From: Eledone cirrhosa
Taxonomy: Eukaryota
Direction: 5' to 3'
Assembly (NCBI GenBank): GCA_964016885.1
Contig: OZ024741.1
Coordinates: 58,652,001 to 58,716,000 of the forward strand
DNA: 64,000 bases
The notes beneath the pieces are model-generated. The model had not been told where the DNA came from. It saw only the letters and a program-made list of their open reading frames with translations, and searched no databases. A program made the translations under genes and the position numbers. Below, piece after piece: positions 1 through 15,300 of the stretch. The first letter of the stretch is position 1. Each line of letters begins with the position of its first letter.

Positions 1-2459
1 ACAAGGCTGGATCTTTGAATTACAGGTACAGTCCTTCCAAGGGGCTTCCAAACAGTGTCTTCCCAGTTTCACTCACAAGGTACAGGTTTATCTGAGGCTA
101 CAGTAAAGGCTTAATATATCATGCCCTGCTGTGTTCACATGATGGATTAATCTTTTAAAACATAGGTTTTTATCAATCAATATTGTATTATGGCACCAAA
201 TTGACAGATTGCTAGAATATTAGATAGAAGGCTTTGTCATATTTGTTACGGCTCTGCACTCTGAGTTGAAATCCTGCTGAGGTCAATTTTATTTTCAGGC
301 TTTCATGGTCAATTCTATATTTCTTTCTCACTTCCACTCTATCACTCTTTCTCTTTCTTTGGAAGAAATTGACTGTTCCTCTGCTAGGTTTAAAATTCCC
401 AAGACATGGTGTATAACTGTGGTGCACCCATGACTCCATCAGGAGTTATGGGTTCATTCATACATTTATTGTATTGCTAGATCCTTGTCTCAAATAATAG
501 GTGAATAAATCCTGACACGTCTAATGCATTTTAGTCCACAATTTTGTGTGAAGTACAGAATTGTATTTATTATTGCTTTGTCAGAAGGAAGGAGAGTCAA
601 TGTTCATGGCCCTTTTCAAGGACCTTCAAAGGGATAAAGGGTATCCTCAAACCTGACTCCTGGCCTAAATGCAATAGATTAGACTCTAAAAAATACCCCA
701 GTGCTAGGTGGTGGTGTTAAACTAGGCAACTTATTATACCTATCACCCAAGTGTGTTACAGTTGGATTAGAATTGAAGACAGAAGAATGTCTACCTCAAG
801 GCATGTCAACAACAGAAGTGTACTTCATCTTACTGGCCATCATGAAAATATGCAATTTATCTACCAACCTTGCTTTGGGTTTCAAATATTACATAATGAA
901 GCCAAAGTATTATAAACACAAAGTGCGACCTATATATAGTATGTGCAGTAAGCTATTTTTAAATAGCTCATAATGTCATTTAATATCTATTTTCCCTGTA
1001 AGTAGGGCCTGGATGGGTCATCACAGACCCAGTCAGTACTTAATTGGAATCGCTGATCTTTCAGGCAGGCTAGGGGCCCATCTCTCTTACATACATTCCT
1101 AAACTCTATAGTGTGTGTTTTATCATGGCATCAATAGGGAGGTTGTTGTCTCATGACTGAAGGGTCCTCTCAACCTTTGATAATGTTTGTGATGATGATA
1201 TTTTAGCTGTTAACTTTTAAAATCTTTCTTTCATTAAAAATGAAAAATTGATTGTGAAAATTTATGCTCTCATAATTAAGAAGTCATGTTTTGCTATTAA
1301 TTTCATTGTAGCTATATTTAATAGTTTCAGTGGTTTTTCTATTTATTTGAAATTTTCGTTCAAATATTTTGACATTAGGCTTTTTGCTTATTTACTTAAG
1401 TCAGAACCCAACAAATAAATTAGCATCACTTTTACTTACTGCCTTCTAAGTCAACACAGCAAAACTGTATTTTTGCCAAGTTTCTCTGCTTTCTCCTATT
1501 TGATCTGGCAATCATACAGAGTTGGTGATTATAAAAGCTGTAATTTATCCTTAGGCCTACCTAATATTATTCTTAAGGTAATTGCTAGATTCTCCTGTTG
1601 AGTTTGTTTTCAGTATTTCGGTTTATTCATAAAGTTGTAAAAACAACTACAGTATTGAACTCTCATTATTCACATCATTAATACATAATTCATCATCACC
1701 ATAATCATCATCATGCATCTGTTTTCCACGCTGGCAGGGATTGAATAGCTTGTCACATTCAGTGACTTGACAGGTCAGATGGCCACATCTTGCTTATATG
1801 TTTCAGTTTGATGCAATTTCCATGGCTGGATGCACTTCCTAATACCAACCACTTTATATTTTATCATGGTACCAACAGAACCACCTGACAGAGTGGATTG
1901 GGTGCATTTTATTGTGGCACAAGCACTGTTACTTCAAAGAGTATATTGAGTACCTTTTTTTCATGGCACCACCACTATCACTTTATGGAGTGGACTGGGC
2001 ATGTTTTATTGTAATCTCACTTTACAGAATTGGCTAGGTATGTTCTACTACCACTTTACAGAGTGGGCTGAATGCATTCTATAGTGGCCCCAACACTACC
2101 ATTTAACAGTGTACTGGATACATTTTATCACTTGACTAAGTGGACTTAGTGTGTTTATCATGGCATAAGTGCCACCACATGCAGAGTGCATTGGGTATCT
2201 GTTTTAATAATACACATCCCATATACTTGCTTAATTAATGGTTCCGATGTAATCGATGATGCTTTTTGAGAAGCAACATGCTAAGTTTAATAATAATGTC
2301 TTCATTTTTTTGAAAAAAAGTATTCGAGAAACAAGTTTATTTCTTTTTGTTGCTTTTCTATTAATTTCCTACTTTGTCAATTTCCAAATATTTTATAGTA
2401 TTTCCTAAGATAGATATCAACAAATATTTGATAAAATTGAAAAGGACTACCATTCTGAT

Positions 2460-2508
<49 letters not shown>

Positions 2509-3330
2509 TGTCATCATCATCATTTTTAGATCCATTTTTCACACTCACATCGGTTAGATTTGTCCTTTTCAGCACACCATCTTTCTATTTGTCATGTTCT
2601 TCTGTCATCTTCTCTGTGAGTTTCAGCGATTTGATATCATTCAGATAGCAGAAGCTATCAACCACTTTTATGGATCATTCATATGATTGGAAAAGATTTA
2701 TATCACCGATGCTCTTCCTGTTGATTACTCCTCTGCATCTTCTACATTAAAGTCTTCCCTTCCTGTTAGTCAATCTGTTATCCCACTACATCTCTTGTTT
2801 ACCCAAGATTTACATTTTCTACATCATATTGATTTTATGCCTACTCTTTTTCTGCATATAGAGCAGGGCCACTTCCTTGAGGTAATCAGGGTCCTATCTT
2901 CATTTCTACTTTCTAGCACTTTAGTTTTGGCTAAGTTTACTCTCTGGCCTCTGGTGGCCACAACAATAAGACTGAATGGCAGTCTCCAAATCAAGTTTAT
3001 TCCCTGATTATGTTTGCCATAGTCCTGTAATCAATTACTTAATCTTTGCAATCTACACCTGTTGACATCATCAAAGTCTTACGTCATGATCTGATGATGC
3101 AACTAGTTCATAGAAATACGTATTAGGATTTTGCAACATTAACAGAATATTTCAAGTTCAGCTTTCTGTTGTCTTTTGAATAAATATTTAACTCAGTCCC
3201 TTCACAACCAGGAGATACCACATCTATGATGGATGATTTGCCCAACGTCAAGTACTTTAACTTATTACACATCATGCCTTTCTAACTAGAATGACCAGAT
3301 CTACCCATTGGTAAACCATACTACATAAAT

Positions 3331-3360
<30 letters not shown>

Positions 3361-3366
<6 letters not shown>

Positions 3367-3985
3367 TCCTTTTGAGGGAAAAACCTTTGTAGTTAACAGC
3401 AGTAGTAGCTCTCTGAACTTTTTCCATCCTGTTCTCACTCTGACTACAGTACTTTCAGAACACCCATCTCCACTGCTAATTTGGTCGCCTAGAGTACAGA
3501 AACTATAAACTACTTCTACCAATCCCTCGTGGCATATATGTATATTAAGGGAACTACTACCTCTGTTGATAACAAAAAGTTTTTCTCTCTGGTCAACTGT
3601 ATGAAACCTGTGTGCGTGTTGCACGATGTTGCACTATAGCGAGACATGGGCAATGGATGCAGAGGATATGGAGAGAAACAATGCAAGTATGCTCCAATGG
3701 ATGGGCAATATTAATATTCAGGAATGACAAAGCATTGATGAGCTGAAAGAAAAACTGGGTATAAGCGAAAGCAGATGTAGTGTGTGTTGGTATGAACTTG
3801 TGATATGTAAGGAAGGAATTTGTAGCAGGAGACCAAGAAAAGCCTAGGTTGATGTTGTGAAAGCTGATCAGAAATCATTGAAGTTCACAGATGATGGACT
3901 ACAATGAGTAGAGTGTTACTATGCTATAAAAAATAACCTGTCCAACATGCAAGCATGTAAAAGCCAACATAAAATGATGATTGAT
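3361..3985. mobile_element. Decayed RTE 3' fragment with inverted 5' part (about 3361-3622 minus, 3625-3985 plus)
   Basis: Minus: SFCTLGDQISSGDGCSESTVVRVRTGWKKFRELL..KGR. Plus: MLHYSETWAMDAEDMERNNASMLQWM..ELKEKLGI followed by the family tail. Confidence 0.85.
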
Positions 3986-6900
3986 TTATATATGATATTG
4001 AAACAAAATCATCGGAAGAACCGGTGTATCTCCGACCATTGTCACTCACTCAATGCTTTAATTAAGCCAGCATCATTAGGACACCAACCAAAAGGGAAAG
4101 CTTATACGTTAATAGTGTTAACAGTGAGAGAAATGATTTTGTGTGGATAGAGAATTTAATTCTGTGTGTGTGTGTATATATATATATATATAATCATCAT
4201 CAACTCTTCAGTTATGTCAAAGATAACCTCTCTTGTGGCTGCTTCCATGATAAAATGCACTCTATAGAGTCCGGTTACATATGTAAGCAAGATGGTCTGG
4301 CTGTCTAAGTGGTCAGTAGCTTCAATTAAGTACTGATTTGGTCTGTGACAACATATCCAAACTTACTTAGCTGAGAAAATGGATATTAAATAACAATGAT
4401 TTTTTTTTTTCTTGTGGGAAGGGGCATGGCTGTGTGCGTGTACACTATCCATAAACATAGCTTTGTAACAATTTGGTGAAAAAACCAAATGTTATTATTC
4501 TGTTTGTAAAACAATGGATTATATGCTAGTGATGATGATAATAATAATAATAGAAATAATAATAAGCATTCTGTAACTGAGGTGAGAATTTTAATCAGGC
4601 TAAAAGCAGCAATTTTCAATTTGATGCAGTATAACAAGAAAGATGTGGAAGAAAAATAAGACTATAAAATATGAACAAACAACAAAAGTAAAAACAAACA
4701 GATTAAATAATAATAATAATAATAATAATAGTGAAGCTACAAAGTTATTTATTGTCTTATATTTGTATGGTAGGTTTTATGTTTCTGTAAAGTTATAAAC
4801 AAAATACATAGATAATTGATACTGGTACATTGAATGTCTGGTGTTTACAATTTAAGGTACCACTCCTCTCCCCCCTCTCTCTCTCTCAATTATAGACCTG
4901 TACGTAACTTAGTAGTAGTATTTCATCTTCAACTATTGAATAAAGTTGGTTGTTTGTGTGTGCAAGTATGTATGTGTGTACGTGTGTGTATAGAAAGAAA
5001 TGGTTTCCTTTTAATAATTCCATAAACATAAGTAGAAACCATGCCAAATGTGGAACATATGAGCAAGATGAGGTCTCTTCAAACCATTTAGTCTTGGACA
5101 GTGACACGTCAATTATGGAAAGTATAATCAAGATAAAGTCTCTCTGAACAATCTTGTCTTGGACCCTGGCAACATATCCAACCCATGTCAGCATAGAAAA
5201 AGAGTCGTTAAATGATGATGGTGAAGATAAGTGCAGCCATGGCCATTGGTTAGGAAGTCGGTGCTATGAGCAAACAAACGTCTTTCACTACAGACTTGGA
5301 TAAACCAATCATATATGTATGTGTGTATATAATATATATTACTGGTACATTGAATGTCTGGTGTTTACAATTTAATGTTCCATTCCCCCCTCTCTTTCCC
5401 TCCCTCTCTCTCTCTCCTATCTCTCTCTCAATTATAGACCCGTACAAAGATAAAACATAACAGTTATGAGGAATAAAGCTGTCTGACTCTGGCAAAAGTA
5501 TAAGATATATATATATATACATATGGTGAATAGGTGTAATTGTCTAAGTTGTTGATTAATGTATCAACAGAGATGCTTTCAACTTCCACAACCTTACCAT
5601 ATTCCTCCTCTTTGCATCCAACAGCCATTGCCATTTCCCTCCTCCTCCTCTCTTACCCCTACCATTGCCACCACCACCACCCAATCTCCTACCCTCTCCA
5701 TCTTCTACCACAGTAAAATGAGATGAAAATATACCTCTACTAAATAGAAACAATGAGCAAAAGTTCGGAGCTATTCAATGTAGTTTTGCATGCTTTTAAG
5801 AAATTGCTTTAAGTTAAGCTAAAATATATCCATTCATCCATTTGGAATGAAACAGCTTTGGATATAAAGACACTGCCTTCTTTTTATTGTTGTTTTTTAT
5901 CAATTTCATTATTTTTCTTTTCTTTTCTATTTTTTGGTTGTTGTTGTTGTTGTTACTTGGTTCTCAATGATTCCAGCAGACTGCAGTTCCAATAGAGAAC
6001 TGATCACAAGAGAGACTTATTTCCTGCTCTTGTGAATCACAGTAGAAAACAGAGACAAAACCTGTTGGATATGTTAACACACTACACATACTACATACAC
6101 TGCACACGCTACACACACATACACACACACAGTATGTGCACACACACACACACAAAACACAAGTACATACACTTCATGTGTGCATGCATATATATACACA
6201 CACATACACACACTGTATATACACATATAATATATAATGCAGCTGCTTATTGTCAGATAATTTATCATCATTGCATGACATGATATCACCAGAAGCATAT
6301 TATATGTCTAGTCTGAAATGAAAACAATAAAACTAAATGAAATAATAGCTGCCAGATGATATTACAGTCAAAATTTAGATATACTACCATATCATCATAT
6401 ATATATATATAAGGTCTGTATTCAACTTTATTTTTTTTCTGTTGGAAGGCATGATGTTAGGGAGACAAAAGTGTGCAGAGGGGAATTGCATACATTCATG
6501 TGTATGCAGGGTTTTTGACGAGTTTTCTGGATGCGTTTGTCACTGTCAGGCAGCCAGCATGTGAAGTGCCTTACTACTTAATAATCACATTTTCATTTCG
6601 TCTGATACTGCAAAAAAAAAATTCAGAATTTTTAATGTGATATTTTAAAACATATCTATTTGCATCAACAGATTTTAGAATGTCTCACCTTCTGAAGATC
6701 CTTTGAAAAGGTGAAAGCAGAGATTCTCTACTTAAACTTATTGTCTGTTTAAATAATTACAAATATTTGTTCTTGAGTTATATATGTGTGTGTGTGTGTG
6801 CATGTATATATGTATGCATGAATATGTGTGTATAGAGAGAGGGGGGAGGAGGGTCTTCTCCGGATTTTGAACTTTGTACGGATAGATATATTTATATAAA

Positions 6901-8994
6901 TTATACGTGTGGGTGTGCCTATTCATGTTGCTGTTTGTTTATACATCCCCATAGCTTAGCAGTTCAGCAAACCAAAATTGATTAAATAGGCACCAGACTT
7001 TAAAAAATATGGTCAATATGACCAGTTAAAATATGTGATGCTGGTGCCCCAGCATGGCCTCAGTCCAATAACTGAAATCATTAAAACAATGAGTTTCCTT
7101 ATTGTTAAATGTTAATAGATAAACACATTTTTCTTACATAAACATTATTTATTTAATTACAACACCAAATGTCTGCACATCATACAAATTAGAACTCTCA
7201 ATTCGGGTCTTTTTTATAATCTGAATGACAAATATAGTGTTGCTATAGAAATATTCTTCCATAGATGTAATTATTCTATGATGAAGAGACAATAACTGTT
7301 AGAAGTTCAGCATAAGAATAATCTGTTACTTCACGTTGCTCCAGTTCACTCAGCTGTATAATGAGTTGCAGTGTCACTGGTGTCAAGCTGTATTGGCCAT
7401 TGCCTTTCTCTTGGGCAATATTGGTGACTTGGAGCGGAGGAGGCTGGTATGCATGGGAAACTGCTGATCTTCCACAAAACAATCTTTCCCGAACTTGTGC
7501 CTCGGAGGGGAACTTTCTAGGTGCAAATTCCATGGTCATTCGTGACCGAAGAGAGTCTTTACCTAGAGGAACATTTGAAAGTGTTTACCACTTCACAGTT
7601 CATTTACTTTTTTTTTTTACTGTTGAGGCTTCTAATTATAAATCAACAAAATAATTATCAAGCTTGTTAAAAATATGGATTAGGGTTCTTATGATTGAGT
7701 AACTCAAAGCAGTGCTCCAGCATGTTCACACAGTCAAATAACTGAAACCAGTAAAAGAAAGATACTCTATGCTTTTTAATCATCTGGTATTATATTTTGT
7801 TTTTATAAAGTATTCAATTTGTTTTAATTCCCGTTAATTAGCGATTATTTTCTGAGATAAAGTTATACTTTCAAGTTCCGAAAATTTATTTGATAATATA
7901 TATACTTAGCAGTATTCGTTCTGAATAACATCAATTCTTGCTTAAAGCAAATATGTATGCATGTGTATGTACACATGTATGTATATGTGTGTGTGTGTTT
8001 CTTGTTTACTCTTCTTTAAAAGAATTTATTCATTAAAACAACTTAGAATATTAAATTTTTAAAAGTTGATGAATAATGTCTACATAATGACAAAGATAGC
8101 ATAATCAACTTTGTAATATAATCTTAAAGTACACTTATAGAGACAAGCATAGCTAAATGGTTAAGCACTACACTTTGTGAGGTCCCAGTTTCAATTCCAA
8201 TGCAGGATATATGGAACAAGTGTTGTTACCATAGCTGTAGGTTGAAGTCAAGTCTTGTGAGTGAAATTGAGTAGGCAGAAACTGTTTGGAAGCTCATCAG
8301 AGGGATTATACCTGTAATTCAAATGTCCAGCCATATCACATATTGTTATGCTGATATGGTTTGTGAATTAGTATATTTCCCAGCATTGAAGATACTTCAT
8401 GGAAACGCCCCCATTTTTAGTTTAAAAAAAAAATAGTTTAAGCCTATCGCTAATGCAACCCTCAGCCTCAAAGATGCAGAGTAAATTTCCAGACCTATAT
8501 GTCAGAAAAGTTATATTCCAAACACTAGCTTAATAATAAGAAAGTTATTTTACTAAATCCTTCCAAATTCTTGATTTTCTTTTTTGAAAATTATTGGAAA
8601 ATTAGAGGCAATTCCTTTTGAAATACAGTAATAAAAAGGTTATTTATCTAAAAACCTTCTATCATACTTTTATCTAAGAACCTTTATAAAGTAATGTTCC
8701 AAACAGTTGTTCAATAATTATAGAGTTAGTTATATTACTAAATTCTTTTTTATTTTCAAAATAATTTGAAAACCATAGGCAGTGTTTTTTCATTAGAAAT
8801 ATGCTAGTGAAAGGGTTAATTTTCTCAGAAGACTTCTATAAATACTTGTTATTGGCAAGTTTTACTAGTTGTTTCTAAGAAATAATCACTTATTGCGATA
8901 CAACAAGTATTGTTTATCGTAATTTTTGTTGTTTTGAACACTTGTAGATGTTTATGTTGTGAGATTTCAAAGTGTGTGTGTGTGTGTGTGCATG

Positions 8995-9645
8995 TTTTCT
9001 CTTTTTCTCTTAATTTTTAGTTTATTTTTTATCAGCCACCTTCCCAGTGGCAAGGTTGTATAGAAAGGAAATTGTCATTGTCTCTGTTCATTCTTTGAAT
9101 CGTAAGATTTTTTTTCTCCAAATTTTGAAGGTTCTAGATATCGCACCCATTTGTAGCTTATGAATTAAGGAGCAATGTCCTTTCTCCACAAATCTAAGCT
9201 CAATCATACTTTGGTCCAGGCGTGTTGGTATATAACCTGTTGCTCCAATAATGACAGGTATGAAGCTGAATGTGTGTCTTGGATACTGAATCTGCAAACT
9301 CAGTGGTCCATAGATGTTCTTCTCTTGCATTCTTCTTACCATATTGACATCAAATGGGCAGCTGACTTCTACAACAGAGCATGTTTTCAATGTGTGGTCC
9401 CAAACTACAATATAGATCGGTTGTGCTTTAATTTGGTGGCAGTTTTTATTTTTAGGTTCCACCACTATTCCTTTAAGCCATCAGTCTCAACATATTTCTC
9501 TCTATTTAATTTGATTTTCATCTTCCGTAAATCATTCCAGATTGTTTTAGCTATCATATCATTCTGCTTTGGGGGGTAGTAATGAGAATACATTCTTTCG
9601 TAGTTGACAGTAATGTAGCTAACATCTTCAATCTTTGTTTTACAG
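8995..9645 (-). mobile_element. Second, shorter R4/Dong-like RLE copy
   Basis: CKTKIEDVSYI..VVWDHTLKTCSVVEVSCPFD..PVIIGATGYIP. The 3' UTR gccaccttcc..aaggttgta is shared with 32077-32102. Confidence 0.85.
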
Positions 9646-12166
9646 GGAGATGCTGTGTGCATTTTAACATAGCACCAGTACTTTACAGAATGTATTGGGT
9701 GCATTTTATTGTAGCAAAATACTTGAGAGATTGTTATAACCTCACTGCAGTGAGAACAGTGGCAGCTACATATTTGTTTCTAAGAGAGAAAGTGGGGCTG
9801 GAGATAGCAAAAACAAAGGAGGTGGATGTTATTAGGAGCAGATTTGGGGAGATGGTTTGATGGCTGACTACACAGTAGAGGGTTGCAGGCAGTGGGGGAA
9901 TTTCAGTGTTATGTTGCCAGGGTTTCTCTTATTTGATTGCACAACTTTCTTAGAAATGTACTTCACACTTGAAACGACATCGAACAAACAATATGAATTT
10001 CATCTGCAAACACTAATTTCTTTTTCATAATTTCATTTTTATTTTATTCTGTATTCCTGTTATTTCCTGTTGACCATTAAAAACATAAATGGAAAAGAGA
10101 AAAAACAATCTTGTTAATTATAGAACATATAGGCGAACATTGTTTGATTATTATTTTTGCAGATTTTTATGTCTAAAATTATCACTTTGAATATTGTAGT
10201 TGTTTTTGTGAGAGTATTATACAGTTTAACAATGTGCTGCTCAGTTTGAGAGTATCGACTGACTACTATAGATAGAAATATTTTTCTCTATGGCAATTAA
10301 AATCTGGAGATATTTCAACAAGAGCAAAATGAAAATTATTATGTCTACTATCATAATCAATGGACTATTCAGAATACAATAACTAACGAGACACTGGAAA
10401 TAGATTTAACTAGTCTTCGGAAGTGTTCTCAGCACAAATTAATTTCTTTGATAACTATAGAAAAAAAAAGAACAGTTTAATTTTGCCATGTCGTTTACAT
10501 ATCAAAAATAGGTTTTCTGTTTGTTTGTTTGTATGTTTTTTTTTTGTTTTTTTCATGTACTTTAAATATCTTGTTATTGCTATTTTTCATTTGATTTCAT
10601 CATCATCATTCAATGTCAGATTTTCCATGCTAGCATATGTCGAATGGTTCTTCACTGACTAAGTTGGCACCCAATTGAAACTGCTATCTGCACAATGAGA
10701 CAGGGGCCACATCTGGTTGATATATATTTATAAACAGAGTGTACTGGGTGCATTTCATTGTGGCACCAATACTAAGGAGGTTGTTGTGCCTTCAACACAA
10801 CTGAAGAACCCTCTCAACCCTATGTTTAGCAAGTTTTCTACATTATGTTCCTAACACCAATTTAGTTATTCGGAAATTTTCCCTTATTTTTCAAAATAGT
10901 TTTAAAGTTATAGGTACGTTTCTTACATTAGAAATATCTTGACAAAAGAACATTTATGTTCCAAACACCAACTTTGTGAGAAAGTTATACCACTAAATCC
11001 ATTTGTATTTTAATGGTAAACAGGAAATAACAGAAAAACAAAATAAGTTTTTCATCATATTCAGAATTGTTTGAAAATCATAAGGAGTGTCTTTCATCAG
11101 AAATTTGGAAAAGAAAGGGTTAAGAATAATAATTACCAGCTGAAGAACTGTAACCTCAAATAAGACTTAATTGCTCAACTTTTTAAAAGAGAAAGTAATA
11201 AGAAATGTTATTTCCTGATCTACTGTTCATTCCTATCTCTCTTGTGAATAGTGATAATAAATTTTGCCTTCCTTTGCCTGGAAATCTTTAAAACTAAATA
11301 TAGGATAAATTAATGAAACAAGCCCTATGTTTACTCTCTAAAGTATGCTTGTCTTCTAGTTATTTCCGAATTTGCTATCTTGATCTCTAAAGTATTATGG
11401 TATGCCATTTAGAAGAACTAACTAGCCTGTGGATGTGAAATTCCAACTGTGATCTAGAACCAAGATTGAACTTTGCAATCCTTGGAATTCGGAAGAAAAG
11501 AAATGAATTAAAAAAACATCCTCCAAAGTTAAAAAATTTGAAAAAAAAAAGTAAAATAAAATAATAAACTTGTCACTAACTATTGAAATATCTCTCAACT
11601 GGTCATTTTTTTTTTGCAATGTAAATTTTAAGCAGTAAATTCACATTAGCTAGAAGAGATAAAACTAAAGTGGCTGTTAGAGAGGGTTATGTTTATCTGG
11701 TACCTAGATCCAATAGATAATAAACTTGATTATCACCAATAAACACTGTTTAACTTTTAATGTCCTGTACCACAAAACCGCATTAGCAAAGTATTCTTAA
11801 AAAGTACAAAACACTGACTGAATTACATTAAATAATAAAGTCTTTTCTCTAACACACAAAATGTTCACGATAATCTGTCGACTAGTAAAGATACTATTTT
11901 AGAGGTATTTTCAGCTTTTGTTTTTGTTTCAGTTTAAAACCCTTTTGTTACCATATTTCTAATGAAAGATACTGCCTATGATATTTCAAATTGTTTTGAA
12001 AATAATCAAGGAGGGATTATAAATTGTTGATTTTATTTGGAACATAATCTAATAAAGGTTCTTACACAAAATTATGAAGGAAGGTACTGTTTCTTTGTTG
12101 TCAAACTGATGATTTACAGGACACTGACACAAAAACACACACACACACACACATATATATCTATAT

Positions 12167-12320
12167 AGTGGCAGGACACTGGTGGGTTATATCCACAGTA
12201 GTAGAGCACTCGGTCCATGGGACGAGTTTGGTAGAAGTAGTTCCACAACAGTGCTGATGATCAGTTTGAGGTTAAACAAATTGTTCTCAGAAATGGTGTG
12301 CTAACTGTTGTGGAACTACT
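12167..12320. mobile_element. Short Penelope-like terminus family, copy 1 (others at 37961-38116 and 62710-62852)
   Basis: Shared tail ctaccaaactYgtcccaYggacYgagtgctctacYactR in all three copies. Internal inverted repeat agtagttccacaacag/ctgttgtggaactact. CTGATGA at 12254 with a decayed GAAAC (taaac). TA-flanked. Confidence 0.65.
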
Positions 12321-15300
12321 TATATATATAGACACACACACAATGGCTTTCAGTTTCCATCTTGCAAATTCCACTCACAAGGCATTGGTCAATCTGAGGT
12401 TATACTAGAAGACAGTTACCAAAGGTACAATGCAGTGGAACTGGACCAATATCAGATATATTTTTTAATTTTCAAAAATTTCTTTACCTTTATTTTTTCA
12501 CTAAAAAGACATTTTATTTTTAGGACATAACATTAGTGATGGTGATAACGTAAAGTTTTAATAGCAAAGGTAATAAACAAAAATAAAATATGTAAATATG
12601 TTTTATTGAAACTAAAAGGAGAATTTCCTAGAGGACATGAGTTTCATTTTCTTGTAAATTTCTGTAAATAACATATATGTGTGTGTGTGTGTGTGTATGT
12701 ATATATGCATGTGTGTGTGTATGTGTGTATATATATATAAACAAATATGTAACATTAGTGGGGAGGGAAGCCTGACATAAAAAAATAGTTGCTTCCTAGA
12801 ATTAATATTTCAATATTATTATTATTATTATGCAGTTCTTGTGGCAATATAACTTATTGAGCCACACACACACTCACACACAGAGCAAAATAGATATTTG
12901 CTATTTTTAAAGACTTATTAACTTTTAGTGTCACATGATGCAAATAATTTCTATATAATGCATTCTTTATTTTGGGGGGTGGGGGTGGGGCTTGGTAATT
13001 GCTCGATAAAAAGTACTTTATTGCTTAGAATAAGGGTGTATTAAAATTAACGTCTGGCATCACATGATGCAAACAATTTCTTTATATTTAAAATTGAAAT
13101 GTATTCATCCCAATGTAAATGACTATAACACTAGTTGATCATTATAAATGATAAAGATTGCATAAACTATCCCTGGGGAAGGGAAAAAGATACCTCTGTC
13201 CACCTTTTCTTTTTCATACTTTACACGGTTTTGTTATAATTTACATTGAAATGCACTTAACATCCAAAATATGCAGAATTCAATTCCTTGCAGTTATTCC
13301 TGTTGACTTTTTCTATCTCCAGGGCTATTTTACCTGATTTTCCCAATCATTATTTATAGTAATCAACTATTGTCATAATCATTTGCGTTGGGACAACTAC
13401 ATTTCAAATTTCCCCAAGTTTCTTAAGTCAACTGGATGTTTAGTTATATTTCTTTCCTTGCCTGCCCCCATATATATTTTTGGCGAGGGTGTTACTCTCT
13501 TTCCACCTCACCCGATGTAGAATACTTTATTTCTAGAATAAGGGTATATTAAAATGTCTATCTTCTTTGTCCAGGCCCAGAGTGGCATTAGAACATTCTG
13601 GTTGGGCTCTCTAGTATAATTCTAAATCAACTAAATCATGGTCATTCCCCAGTCTTATAAAACTAAACCATTTTCTCAGTTGCTAAATAGATATTTTCTT
13701 TATCTATTGAGGGGTGAGCTGGGGATGGGAGATAGTTTTTATTTTATTTTTTTTTTATATTTCTTTCCTTATTCATGGTTCTTGCTATACTGCCTGGCTA
13801 GGGTGGCAGCTGATTGCAGTTTCAAAACTAAACATAAAATGAAAAAAATGAAAAAATAAAAAAACATAAAAGTATTGCTTAGAGTGAGTTATCATCATCA
13901 TCACGTCCATTTTCCACACTAGCATGGGTTAGATGAGTCATCCCATTTGAAGCAAGTCAAGTAAGGTGGCTCTGTCTTGCTCAAACAGAACTGTTTCTAG
14001 CTTGGTGTCTATGGTTAGATGCCCTTCCTAATGCCAACCACATTTACACTGTGGGCTGGGTGCTTTTTGTTGTGACACCTACACAACCACTTTACAGTGT
14101 TGACTGGGTGCTTTTTTTGTCATGATACCAACAAGACCACTTTACAGTGTGGACTGAGCACTTTCTAAAGTTGATATTTTAAATAGGTTTTATTATAGTT
14201 ACGTCCCTTTACGGTCTGAGTTCAATTCCAGCTGAGGTTAACTTTGCCTTTCATCCTTACGGGGTCGATAAAATAAAGTACCAGTAATGTACTGGGTAAT
14301 TGCTGGCCTTGTGCCAAAAGTAGAAACAATTATTATTATTATTGAGGTGGGAGATTGGCAGAGTTATTAAGACAAAAGAGTTTTGATTTTGTTGAAGTTG
14401 ACTTTGCTGTTCATCCTTCTAGGGTAGATAATATAAAGCCCCAGTTAAGTACTAGGGTGATATAATAGACACCCCACCCCCCTCTCCTCTGCTTGCTGGC
14501 TTTGTGTCAATTTTGAAAGAATTATTAAAGTGAAGAAAGAAAATTGCAATATCATGGGATTACAGCTCTGCAAAAAATTTTTTTTTTTTTTTTTTTTTTT
14601 CAGTTTAGTTTTTAACTGCAAATAACTGTATTTAACTTAAACCATTGATAGATATGGTTTTGTTATTGCCAACATGTAGTTTGAATATGTTGTTATTGAT
14701 AGACAGAAACTAACCTAGAAGGCAACATTCTTCTATGTCACAAAATAATATTTATTTACTACTTTTTGTTTCGTTTTTCTTTTCTTTTTTGCCTAGCTGC
14801 AAAAATAACTACATCAATGACTGCAGAATCTTTGTTTACAACATAAAATGTTATGCAAAATAGGAATACTACTGAGAAGTAGCTATTATATTTAAAGTGT
14901 GATTGTATCAGCATCATCATCACCGTTTAACGTCTATTTTTCCATGCTTGCATGGGTTAGACGAGTTGTTCACTTTATGAGACAAGTTTGGCTAGCTAGC
15001 TGCGCCATACTTTGCTCAAACAGAACTATTTTGGCTGGATGTCCTTCTTAACATCAACCATGTTTTCAGTGTGGAACTGGGTGGTCCCATTATGAGGGAA
15101 GTCTGGCTAGTTGGGGCCATTTTTAAGCTGGGTTTTTACAGCTGCTGGATGCCCTTTCTACTCATTTACTGTAGGACTGGGTGGCACCATTGTGAAGAGG
15201 GTCTGGCCAGTTGGGTGCGCTGTACCCTGCCGACATCGGAACCATAATTTGGGAGCTGGGTGGTTCCATTAAGAGGGAGGTCTGGCCAGTTGGCCATGCC

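Noticed and set aside
11460-11505. CNPWNSEEKK, resembling the TMEM5 WNPWE motif
   Set aside because: Immediately followed by a stop, with no convincing splice sites.
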